Origin: the human T2T-CHM13v2.0 reference genome, Homo sapiens
Strand: one strand, 5' to 3'
Length of the DNA: 64,000 nucleotides
NCBI RefSeq assembly: GCF_009914755.1
Contig: NC_060933.1
Position numbers and translations under genes: made by a program. Within the stretch, counting starts at the first letter, position 1. The number at the start of each line of letters is the position of its first letter. The notes beneath the pieces are model-generated. The model did no database searches. It was not told the DNA's origin and saw only the letters and a list, made by a program, of their open reading frames with translations. Of the stretch, positions 16,301-29,600 are shown in pieces.

Positions 16301-16650
16301 ATGGAATGGAATGGAATGGAATGGAATGGAATGGAATGCAATGTAATGGAATCAACCCGAGTGCAATTGAATGGAATCGAATGGAATGGAATGCAATGGA
16401 ATGGATTCAACTTGAATGGAATGGAAAGAATGGAATCAACACGAGTGGAATGGCATGGATTGGAATGGAATGGAATGGAATCAACCCGAGTACAGGGGAA
16501 TGGAATGGAATGGAATGCAATGGAATGGAATCATCCGTAATGGAATGGAAAGGAATGGAATGGAATGGAATGGAATGGAATGGAATCAACTCGATTGCAA
16601 TCGAATGGAATGGAATGGAATTAACCCGAATAGAATGGAATGGAATGGAA
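10391..16650 (+). repeat. ~3.0-kb near-identical tandem duplication (copy 1 ~10391-13410, copy 2 ~13392-16650)
   Basis: ORF pairs offset by 3001 (10479/13480, 10979/13980, 11343/14344), 2996 (11838/14834, 12187/15183) and 3241 after an internal insertion (12651/15892, 13045/16286). Shared private variants GCCTTTAAACC, GAGTTAGGGAG and CCGAGAGCAA. Confidence 0.93.
15491..15935 (+). repeat. 250-bp tandem duplication inside copy 2 of the 3.0-kb duplication
   Basis: AATAGAATCAACTCG at 15491 and 15741; AATCAACGCGAG at 15651 and 15901; ORFs 15517/15767. Confidence 0.9.
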
Positions 16651-17699
16651 TGGAACGGAACGGAACGGAATGGAATGGAATGGAATGGAATGGAATGGAA
16701 TTGAACTGAACGGAATGGAATGGAATGGAATGGAATGGAATGGAATGGAATCAACGCGAGTGCAGGGGAATGGAATGGAATGGAATGCAATGGAATGGAA
16801 TCTTCCGGAATGGAATGGAATGAAATGCAATGGATTCAACTCGATTGCAATGGAATGGAAAAGAATGGAATGGAATGGAATGGAATGGAATGGAATTAAT
16901 CCGAATAGAATGGAATGGAATGGAATGGAACGGAATGGAATGGAACGGAATGGAATGGAATGGAATGGAATGAACCCGTGTGCAATGGAATGGAATGGAA
17001 TGGAATGGAATCAACCCGAGTGCAATGGAATGGAATGGAATGGAAAGGAATGGAATGGAATGGATTCAACCCGAATGGAATGGAAAGGAATGGAATCAAC
17101 CTGAGAGGAATGGCATGGAATGGAATGGAATGGAATGGAGTGGAATGGTACGGAACAGAATGTAATGGAACGAAACGGAATGGAATGGAATGGAATGGAA
17201 TGGAATGGAATCATTCCGAGTGGAATAGAAGGGAATGTTTTCGAGTGGAATGAAAAGGAATGGTATCAACCAGAGTGGAATGGAATGGAATCGAATGGAA
17301 TGGAAAGGAATAGAATGGAATCAACCCGAGTGGAATGGAATGGAAAGGACTGGAATGGAATGGAATGGAATGCAATGGAATCAACTCGATTGCAATGAAA
17401 TGGAATGGAATGAAATGGAATGGAATGGAATGGAATGGAATGGAATGGAATGGAATAGAATGGAAAGGAATCACCCCAAGTGCAGGGGAATTTAATGGAA
17501 TGGAATGCAGTGGAATGGAATCATCCGGAATGGAATGGAATGGAATGGAATGGAACGGAATGGAATGGAATCAACTCGATTTCAATGGAATGGAAAGGAA
17601 TGGAATGGAATGGAATGCAATGGAATCGTACGGAATAGAATGGAATGGAACGAAATGGAATGGAATGGAATGGAATGGAATGGAATGGAATGGAATGGA

Positions 17700-20600
17700 A
17701 CGGAATGGAATGGAATGGGTTCAACTCGAATGGAATGGAAAGGAATGGAATCAACACGAGTGGAATGGCATGGAATGGAATGGAATTGAAAGAAATGGAA
17801 TGGAATGGAATGGAATGAAATGTAATGGAATGGAAAGGAATAGAATCAACACGAGTGGAATGGCATGGAATGGAATGGAATTGAATGAAATGGAATGGAA
17901 TGGAATGGAATGAAATGTAATGGAATGGAGTGGAATGGAATCAACCCGAGTGCAATGTAATGGAATGGAATGGAATGCAATGGAATGGAATGGATTCAAC
18001 CCGAATGGAATTAAAAGGAATGGAATATACCCGAGTGGAATGGCATGGAATGGAGTGGAATGGAATGGAATGGAATGGTACGGAATAGAATGGAATGTAA
18101 CGAAATGGAATGGAAGGGAATGGAATGGAATGGAATGGAATGAACCCGTGTGCAATGGAATGGAATGGAATGGAATGGAATAGAATGGAATGGATTCAAC
18201 TCTAATGGAATGCAAGGGAATGGAATCAACGCGAGTGGAATGGCATGGAATGGAATGGAATGGAATGAAATGGAATGGAATGGAGTGGAATGGAATGGTA
18301 CGGAATAGAATGGAATGGAAAGAAATGGAATGGAAAGAAATGGAATGGAATGGAATGGAATGGATTGGAATGGAATGGAATGGAATCAACCCGAGTGCAG
18401 GGGAATGGAATGGAATTGAAGGCAATGGAATGGAATAATCCGGAATTGAATGGAATGGAATGGAATCAACTCGATTGCAATGGAATGGAATGGAATGGAA
18501 TGGAATGGAATGGAATGGAATGGAATGGAATTAACCCGAATAGAATGGAATGGAATGGAATGGAATGGAATGGAATGGAATGGTACGGAATAGAATGGAA
18601 TGGAACGAAATGGAATGGAATGAAATGGAATGGAATGGAATGGAATGGAATCAACCCGACTGCAGGGGAATGGAATGGAATTGAAGGCAATGGAATGGAA
18701 TCATCCGGAATTGAATGGAATGGAATGGAATCAACTCGATTGCAATGGAATGGAATGGAATGGAATGGAATGGAATTAACCCGAATAGAATGGAATGGAA
18801 TGGAATGGAATGGAATGGAATGGAATGGAATGGAAGTAAATGGAATGGAATGTAATGAACCCGAGTGCAGGGGAATGGAATGGAATGGAATGCAATGGAA
18901 TGGAGTCATCCGGAATGGAACAGAAAGGAATGGAATGGAATGAACCCGTGTGCAATGGAATGGAATCGAATGGAATGGAATGGAATGGAATGGATTCAAC
19001 TCTAATGGAATGGAAGGGAATGGAATCAACGCGAGTGGAATGGCATGGAATGGAATGGAATGGAAAGGAATGGAATGGAGTGGAATGGAATGGTACGGAA
19101 TAGAATGGAATGGAACGAAATGGAATGGAATGAAATGGAATGGAATGGAATGGAATGGAATGGAATGGAATGGAATGGAATGGAATCAACCCGAGTGCAG
19201 GGGAATGGAATGGAATTGAAGGCAATGGAATGGAATCATCCGGAATTGAATGGAATGGAATGGAATGAACTCGATTGCAATGGAATGGAATGTAATGTAA
19301 TGGAATGGAATGGAATGGAATGGAATGGAATTAACCCGAATAGAATGGAATGGAATGGAATGGAATGGAATGGTACGGAATAGAATGGAATGGAACCAAA
19401 TGGAATGGAATGAAATGGAATGGAATGGAATGGAATGGAATGGAATCAACCCGACTGCAGGGGAATGGAATGGAATTTAAGGCAATGGAATGGAATCATC
19501 CGGAATTGAATGGAATGGAATGGAATCAACTCGCTTGCAATGGAATGGAATGGAATGGAATGGAATGGAATGGAATGGAATGGAATGGAATGGAATGGAA
19601 TTAACCCGAATAGAATGGAATGGAATGGAATGGAATGGAATGGAAGTAAATGGAATGGAATGTAATGAACCCGAGTGCAGGGGAATGGAATGGAATGGAA
19701 TGCAATGGAATGGAGTCATCCGGAATGGAACAGAAAGGAATGGAATGGAATCAACCCGTGTGCAATGGAATGGAAAGGAATGGAATGGAATGGAATGGAA
19801 TGGAATGGAATGGAATGGAATGGAATGGAATGGATTCAACCCGAATGGAATGGAAAGGAAGGGAATCAACCCAAGTGGAATGGCATGGAATGGAATGGAA
19901 TGGAATGGAATGGAATGGTACCGAATAGAATGGAATGGAACCAAATGGAATAGAATGGAATGGAATGGAATGGAATGGAATCATCCCGAGTGCAATGGAA
20001 TGGAGTGGAATGGAATGGAATGGAATGGAAACAACCCGAATGGAATGGAATGAAATGGAGTGTAAGGGAATTGAATACAATCAATCCGAATGTAATGGAA
20101 TGGAATGGAACGGAATGGAATGGAATGGAATGGAATGCAGTGGAATGGAATCAAACCTAGTGCAATGGAGTGGAATGGAATGGAATGGAATGGAATGGAA
20201 TGGAATGGAATGGAATGGATTCAATCCAAATGGAATGGAAAGCAATGGAATCAACCCGAGTGGAATGGCATGGAATGGAATGGAATGGAATGGAACGGAA
20301 TGGAATGGAATCAACTCGATTGCAATGGAATGTAATGGAATGGAATGGAATGCAATTAACGCGAATAGAATGGAATGGAATGGAAAGGAACGGAATGGAA
20401 TGGAATGGAATGGAATCGAATGGAATCAACCTGAGTGCAGGGGAATGGAATGGAATGGAATGCAATGGAATGTAATGGAATGGAATGCAATGGAATCAAC
20501 TCGATTGCAATGGGATGGAATGGAATGGAATGGAAGGGAAAGGAATAGAATGGAATTAACCTGAACAGAATGGAATGGAATGGAATGGAACGGAATGGAA

Positions 20601-23600
20601 TGGAACGGAATGGAATGGAATTGAATGGAATGAACCCGTGTGCAATGGAATGGAATGGAATGGAATGGAATGGAATGGGTTCAACTCGAATGGAATGGAA
20701 AGGAATGGAATCAACACGAGTGGAATGGCATGGAATGGAATGGAATGGAATGGAATGGAATGGAATGGAATGGAATGAAATGTAATGTAATGGAATGGAA
20801 TGGAATCAACCCGACTGCAGTGTAATGGAATCGAATGGAATGGAATGGAATGGAATGGATTCAACACGAATGTAATGGAAAGGAATGGAATAAACCCGCG
20901 TGGAATGGCATGGAATGGAGTGGAATGGAATGAAATGTAAAGGAATGGAATGGAATGGAATCAACCCGAGTGCAATGTAATGGAATCGAATGGAATGGAA
21001 TGGAAAGGAATGGATTCAACCAGAATGGAATGGAAAGGAATGGAATAAACCCGAGTGGAATGGCATGGAATGGAGTGGAATGGAATGGAATGGGATGGAA
21101 TGGAATGGTACGGAATAGAATGGAATGGAAGGAAATGGAATGGAATGGAATGGAATGGAATGGAATGGAATGGAATGGAATGGAATGAACCCGTGTGCAA
21201 TGGAATGGAATCGAATGGAATGGAATGGATTGGAATGGATTGAACTCGAATGGAATGGAAAGGAATGGAATCAACCCGAGTGGAATGGCATGGAATGGAA
21301 TGGAATGGAATGGAATGGAATGGAATGGAATGGTACGGAATAGAATGGAAAGGAACGAAATGGAATGGAATGAAATGGAATGGAATGGAATGAAATGGAA
21401 TGGAATCAACCCGAGTGCAGGGGAATGGAATGGAATTGAAGGCAATGGAATGGAAACATCCGGAATTGAATGGAATGGAATGGAATCAACTCGATTGCAA
21501 TGGAATGGAATGGAATGGAATGGAATGGAATGGAATTGAATGGAATGCAATGGAATGGAATTAACCCGAATAGAATGGAATGGAATGGAATGGAAGTAAA
21601 TGGAATGGAAGGTAATGAACCCGAGTGCAGGGGAATGGAATGGAATGGAATGGAATGCTATGGAATGGAGTCATCCGGAATGGAACGGAAAGGAACGGAA
21701 TGGAACCAACCCGTGTGCAATGGAATGGAAAGGAATGGAATGGAATGGAATGGAATGGAATGGATTCAACCCGAATGGAATGGAAAGGAAGGGAATCAAC
21801 CCAAGTGGAATGGCATGGAATGGAATGGATTGGAATGGAATGGAATGGAATGGTACCGAATAGAATGGAATGGAAGGAAATGGAATAGAATGGAATGGAA
21901 TGGAATGCAATCAACCCGAGTGCAATGGAATGGAGTGGAATGGATTGGAATGGAATGGAAACAACCTGAATGGAATGGAATGAAATGGAGTGTAAGGGAA
22001 TTTAATACAATCAATCCGAATGTAATGGAATGGAATGGAATGGAATGGAATGGAATGGAATGGAATGGAATGGAATGGAATGCAGTGGAATGGAATCAAA
22101 CCTAGTGCAATGGAATAGAATGGAATGGAATGGAATGGAATGGAATGGAATGGAATGGAATGGATTCAACCCAAATGGAATGGAAAGCCATGGAATCAAC
22201 CCGAGTGGAATGGCATGGAATGGAATGGAATGGAATGGTACGGAATACAATGCAATGGAACGAAATGGAATGGAATGGAATGGAATGGAATGGAATGGAA
22301 TGGAATGCAATCATTCCGAGTGGAATAGAAGGGAATGAATTCGAGTGGAATGGAAAGGAATGGAATCAACCAGAGTGGAATGGAAGGGAATGGAATGGAA
22401 TGGAAACTAATAAAATGGAATCAAAACGAGTGGAATGGAATGGAAAGGACTTGAATCGAATGGAATGGAATGGAATGGAATGGAATGGAATCAACTCGAT
22501 TGCTATGGAATGTAAGGGAATGGAATGGAATGGAATTAACCCGAATAGAATGGAATGGAATGGAATGGAATTAACCCGAATAGAATGGAATGGAATGGAA
22601 TGGAATGGAATGGAATCAACCTGAGTGCAGGGGAATGGAATGCAATGGAATGCAATGGAATGGAATGGAATGGAATGCAATGGAATCAACTAGATTGCAA
22701 TGGAATGGAATGGAATGGAATGGAATGGAATGGAATGGAAGGGAATGGAATGGAATGGAATTAACCTGAACAGAATGGAATGGAATGGAATGGAATGGAA
22801 TGGAATGGAACGGAATGGAATGGAATGGAATGGAATGGAATCAACCCGAGTGCAGGGGAATGGAATGGAATGGAATGCAATGGAATGGAATCATCCGGAA
22901 TGGAATTGAATGGAATGGAATGCAATGGAATGGAATCAATCAACCCGAGTGCAATGCAATGGAGTGTAATGGAATCGAATGGAATGGAAACTACCCGAAT
23001 GGAATGGAATGTAATGGAGTGTAAGGGAATTGAAAAGAATCAATCCGAATGTAATGGAATGGAATGGAACGGAATGAAATGGAATGGCATGGAATGGAAT
23101 GGAATCAACCCGAGTGCAATGGAATGGAATTGAACGGAATGGAATGGAAAGGAATGGATTCAACCCGAATGGAATGGAAAGGAATGTAATAAACCCGAGT
23201 GGAATGGGATGGAATGGAATGAAATGGAGTGGAATGGAATGGAATGGAATGGAATGGTACGGAATAGAATGGAATGGAACGAAATGGAATAGAATGGAAT
23301 GGAATGGAATGGAATGAAACCGTGTGCAATGGAATGGAATGGAATGGAATGGAATGGAATGGAATGGAATGGGTTCGACTCGAATGGAATGGAATGGAAT
23401 GGAATCAACCCGAGTGGAATGGCATGGAATGGAATGGAATGGAATGGAATGGAATGGAATGGAATGGAAACAACACGAGTGCAATGTAATGGAATCGAAT
23501 GGAATGGAATGGAATGGAATGGAATGGAATGGATTCAACCCGAATGGAATGGAAAGGAATGGAATAAACCCGAGTGGAATGGCATGGAAAGGAGTCTAAT

Positions 23601-26600
23601 GGAATGGAATGGAATGGAATGGTATGGAATAGAATGGAATGGAACGAAATGGAATGGAATGGAATGGAATGGAATGAACCCGTGTGCAATGGAATGGAAT
23701 GGAATGGAATGGAATGGAATGGATTCAACTCGAATGGAATGGAAAGGAATGGAATCAACCCGAGTGGAATGGCATGGAATGGAATGGAATGGAATGGAAT
23801 GGAATGGAATTAACCCTAATAGAATGGAATGGAATGGAATGGAATGGAATGGAATGTAATGGAATGGAATGGAAGGAAATGGAATGGAATGGAATGGAAT
23901 GGAATGGAATGGAATGGAATGGAATGGAATGGAATGGAATGGTACGGAATAGAATGGAATGGAACGAAATGGAATGGAATGGAATGGAATGGAATGGAAT
24001 GGAAACAACCCGAGTGCAGGGAAATGGAATGGAATGGAAGGCAATGGAATGACATCATTCGGAATTGAATGGAATGGAATGGAATGGAATGGAATCAACT
24101 CGATTGAAATGGAATGGAATGGAATGGAATGGAATGGATTAAACCCGAATGGAATTAAAAGGAATGGAATATACCCGAGTGGAATGGCATGGAATGGAGT
24201 GGAATGGAATGGAATGGAATGGAATGGAACGGAATGGAATGGAATGGGTTCAACTCGAATGGAATGGAAAGGAATGGAATCAACACGAGTGGAATGGCAT
24301 GGAATGGAATGGAATTGAAAGAAATGGAATGGAATGGAATGGAATGAAATGTAATGGAATGGAAAGGAATAGAATCAACACGAGTGGAATGGCATGGAAT
24401 GGAATGGAATTGAATGAAATGGAATGGAATGGAATGGAATGAAATGTAATGGAATGGAGTGGAATGGAATCAACCCGAGTGCAATGTAATGGAATGGAAT
24501 GGAATGCAATGGAATGGAATGGATTCAACCCGAATGGAATTAAAAGGAATGGAATATACCCGAGTGGAATGGCATGGAATGGAGTGGAATGGAATGGAAT
24601 GGAATGGTACGGAATAGAATGGAATGTAACGAAATGGAATGGAAGGGAATGGAATGGAATGGAATGGAATGAACCCGTGTGCAATGGAATGGAATGGAAT
24701 GGAATGGAATAGAATGGAATGGATTCAACTCTAATGGAATGCAAGGGAATGGAATCAACGCGAGTGGAATGGCATGGAATGGAATGGAATGGAATGGAAT
24801 GGAATGGAATGGAGTGGAATGGAATGGTACGGAATAGAATGGAATGGAAAGAAATGGAATGGAAAGAAATGGAATGGAATGGAATGGAATGGATTGGAAT
24901 GGAATGGAATGGAATCAACCCGAGTGCAGGGGAATGGAATGGAATTGAAGGCAATGGAATGGAATAATCCGGAATTGAATGGAATGGAATGGAATCAACT
25001 CGATTGCAATGGAATGGAATGGAATGGAATGGAATGGAATGTAATGGAATGGAATGGAATTAACCCGAATAGAATGGAATGGAATGGAATGGAATGGAAT
25101 GGAATGGTACGGAATAGAATGGAATGGAACGAAATGGAATGGAATGAAATGGAATGGAATGGAATGGAATGGAATCAACCCGACTGCAGGGGAATGGAAT
25201 GGAATTGAAGGCAATGGAATGGAATCATCCGGAATTGAATGGAATGGAATGGAATCAACTCGATTGCAATGGAATGGAATGGAATGGAATGGAATGGAAT
25301 TAACCCGAATAGAATGGAATGGAATGGAATGGAATGGAATGGAATGGAATGGAATGGAAGTAAATGGAATGGAATGTAATGAACCCGAGTGCAGGGGAAT
25401 GGAATGGAATGGAATGCAATGGAATGGAGTCATCCGGAATGGAACAGAAAGGAATGGAATGGAATGAACCCGTGTGCAATGGAATGGAATCGAATGGAAT
25501 GGAATGGAATGGAATGGATTCAACTCTAATGGAATGGAAGGGAATGGAATCAACGCGAGTGGAATGGCATGGAATGGAATGGAATGGAAAGGAATGGAAT
25601 GGAGTGGAATGGAATGGTACGGAATAGAATGGAATGGAACGAAATGGAATGGAATGAAATGGAATGGAATGGAATGGAATGGAATGGAATGGAATGGAAT
25701 GGAATCAACCCGAGTGCAGGGGAATGGAATGGAATTGAAGGCAATGGAATGGAATCATCCGGAATTGAATGGAATGGAATGGAATGAACTCGATTGCAAT
25801 GGAATGGAATGTAATGTAATGGAATGGAATGGAATGGAATGGAATGGAATTAACCCGAATAGAATGGAATGGAATGGAATGGAATGGAATGGTACGGAAT
25901 AGAATGGAATGGAACCAAATGGAATGGAATGAAATGGAATGGAATGGAATGGAATGGAATGGAATCAACCCGACTGCAGGGGAATGGAATGGAATTTAAG
26001 GCAATGGAATGGAATCATCCGGAATTGAATGGAATGGAATGGAATCAACTCGCTTGCAATGGAATGGAATGGAATGGAATGGAATGGAATGGAATGGAAT
26101 GGAATGGAATGGAATTAACCCGAATAGAATGGAATGGAATGGAATGGAATGGAATGGAAGTAAATGGAATGGAATGTAATGAACCCGAGTGCAGGGGAAT
26201 GGAATGGAATGGAATGCAATGGAATGGAGTCATCCGGAATGGAACAGAAAGGAATGGAATGGAATCAACCCGTGTGCAATGGAATGGAAAGGAATGGAAT
26301 GGAATGGAATGGAATGGAATGGAATGGAATGGAATGGAATGGATTCAACCCGAATGGAATGGAAAGGAAGGGAATCAACCCAAGTGGAATGGCATGGAAT
26401 GGAATGGAATGGAATGGAATGTAATGGTACCGAATAGAATGGAATGGAACCAAATGGAATAGAATGGAATGGAATGGAATGCAATGGAATCATCCCGAGT
26501 GCAATGGAATGGAGTGGAATGGAATGGAATGGAATGGAAACAACCCGAATGGAATGGAATGAAATGGAGTGTAAGGGAATTGAATACAATCAATCCGAAT

Positions 26601-29600
26601 GTAATGCAATGGAATGGAACGGAATGGAATGGAATGGAATGGAATGCAGTGGAATGGAATCAAACCTAGTGCAATGGAATGGAATGGAATGGAATGGAAT
26701 GGAATGGAATGGAATGGAATGGATTCAATCCAAATGGAATGGAAAGCAATGGAATCAACCCGAGTGGAATGGCATGGAATGGAATGGAATGGAATGGAAT
26801 GGAATGGAATGGAATGGAACGGAATAGAACGGAATGGACCGAAATGGAATGGAATGGAATGGAATGGAACGGAATGGAATGGAATCAACTCGATTGCAAT
26901 GGAATGTAATGTAATGGAATGGAATGCAATTAACGCGAATAGAATGGAATGGAATGGAAAGGAACGGAATGGAATGGAATGGAATGGAATGAACCCGTGT
27001 GCAATGGAATGGAATCGAATGGAATGGAATGGATTGGAATGGATTGAACTCGAATGGAATGGAAAGGAATGGAATCAACCCGAGTGGAATGGCATGGAAT
27101 GGAATGGAATGGAATGGAATGGAATGGAATGGAATGGTACGGAATAGAATGGAAAGGAACGAAATGGAATGGAATGAAATGGAATGGAATGGAATGAAAT
27201 GGAATGGAATCAACCCGAGTGCAGGGGAATGGAATGGAATTGAAGGCAATGGAATGGAAACATCCGGAATTGAATGGAATGGAATGGAATCAACTCGATT
27301 GCAATGGAATGGAATGGAATGGAATGGAATGGAATGGAATTGAATGGAATGCAATGGAATGGAATTAACCCGAATAGAATGGAATGGAATGGAATGGAAG
27401 TAAATGGAATGGAAGGTAATGAACCCGAGTGCAGGGGAATGGAATGGAATGGAATGGAATGCTATGGAATGGAGTCATCCGGAATGGAACGGAAAGGAAC
27501 GGAATGGAACCAACCCGTGTGCAATGGAATGGAAAGGAATGGAATGGAATGGAATGGAATGGAATGGATTCAACCCGAATGGAATGGAAAGGAAGGGAAT
27601 CAACCCAAGTGGAATGGCATGGAATGGAATGGATTGGAATGGAATGGAATGGAATGGTACCGAATAGAATGGAATGGAAGGAAATGGAATAGAATGGAAT
27701 GGAATGGAATGCAATCAACCCGAGTGCAATGGAATGGAGTGGAATGGATTGGAATGGAATGGAAACAACCTGAATGGAATGGAATGAAATGGAGTGTAAG
27801 GGAATTGAATACAATCAATCCGAATGTAATGGAATGGAATGGAATGGAATGGAATGGAATGGAATGGAATGGAATGGAATGCAGTGGAATGGAATCAAAC
27901 CTAGTGCAATGGAATAGAATGGAATGGAATGGAATGGAATGGAATGGAATGGAATGGAATGGATTCAACCCAAATGGAATGGAAAGCCATGGAATCAACC
28001 CGAGTGGAATGGCATGGAATGGAATGGAATGGAATGGTACGGAATACAATGCAATGGAACGAAATGGAATGGAATGGAATGGAATGGAATGGAATGGAAT
28101 GGAATGCAATCATTCCGAGTGGAATAGAAGGGAATGAATTCGAGTGGAATGGAAAGGAATGGAATCAACCAGAGTGGAATGGAAGGGAATGGAATGGAAT
28201 GGAAACTAATAAAATGGAATCAAAACGAGTGGAATGGAATGGAAAGGACTTGAATCGAATGGAATGGAATGGAATGGAATGGAATGGAATCAACTCGATT
28301 GCTATGGAATGTAAGGGAATGGAATGGAATGGAATTAACCCGAATAGAATGGAATGGAATGGAATGGAATTAACCCGAATAGAATGGAATGGAATGGAAT
28401 GGAATGGAATGGAATCAACCTGAGTGCAGGGGAATGGAATGCAATGGAATGCAATGGAATGGAATGGAATGGAATGCAATGGAATCAACTAGATTGCAAT
28501 GGAATGGAATGGAATGGAATGGAATGGAATGGAATGGAAGGGAATGGAATGGAATGGAATTAACCTGAACAGAATGGAATGGAATGGAATGGAATGGAAT
28601 GGAATGGAACGGAATGGAATGGAATGGAATGGAATGGAATCAACCCGAGTGCAGGGGAATGGAATGGAATGGAATGCAATGGAATGGAATCATCCGGAAT
28701 GGAATTGAATGGAATGGAATGCAATGGAATGGAATCAATCAACCCGAGTGCAATGCAATGGAGTGTAATGGAATCGAATGGAATGGAAACTACCCGAATG
28801 GAATGGAATGTAATGGAGTGTAAGGGAATTGAAAAGAATCAATCCGAATGTAATGGAATGGAATGGAACGGAATGAAATGGAATGGCATGGAATGGAATG
28901 GAATCAACCCGAGTGCAATGGAATGGAATTGAACGGAATGGAATGGAAAGGAATGGATTCAACCCGAATGGAATGGAAAGGAATGTAATAAACCCGAGTG
29001 GAATGGGATGGAATGGAATGAAATGGAGTGGAATGGAATGGAATGGAATGGAATGGTACGGAATAGAATGGAATGGAACGAAATGGAATAGAATGGAATG
29101 GAATGGAATGGAATGAAACCGTGTGCAATGGAATGGAATGGAATGGAATGGAATGGAATGGAATGGAATGGGTTCGACTCGAATGGAATGGAATGGAATG
29201 GAATCAACCCGAGTGGAATGGCATGGAATGGAATGGAATGGAATGGAATGGAATGGAAACAACACGAGTGCAATGTAATGGAATCGAATGGAATGGAATG
29301 GAATGGAATGGAATGGAATGGATTCAACCCGAATGGAATGGAAAGGAATGGAATAAACCCGAGTGGAATGGCATGGAAAGGAGTCTAATGGAATGGAATG
29401 GAATGGAATGGTATGGAATAGAATGGAATGGAACGAAATGGAATGGAATGGAATGGAATGGAATGAACCCGTGTGCAATGGAATGGAATGGAATGGAATG
29501 GAATGGAATGGATTCAACTCGAATGGAATGGAAAGGAATGGAATCAACCCGAGTGGAATGGCATGGAATGGAATGGAATGGAATGGAATGGAATGGAATT

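Larger units (their letters stand above)
8558..16811. promoter_or_regulatory. Cluster of 7 perfect three-unit heat shock element (HSE) motifs nGAAnnTTCnnGAAn (motif match only)
   Basis: Seen: gGAAtcTTCc/tgGAAt starting at ~8558, 9411, 10800, 12708, 13801, 15949 and 16797. Established: the HSF1 consensus is three or more alternating nGAAn units, and HSF1 binds satellite III in heat-stressed human cells. Occupancy of these particular sites is not shown. Confidence 0.5.
8551..16960 (+). repeat. HSat3 sub-domain B1 (dialect B)
   Basis: Seen: dialect-B markers GGAACAACCCG (1-bp deletion), GGAGAGTAAGGGAGTTG, CAACTTGAATGGAATGGAAAGAAT, GCAAAGCAAT, GGAATCTTCCGG, CGTTCCGAGTGGAATAGGAGGG and (GGAAC)n runs. 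Boundary approximate. Confidence 0.7.
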
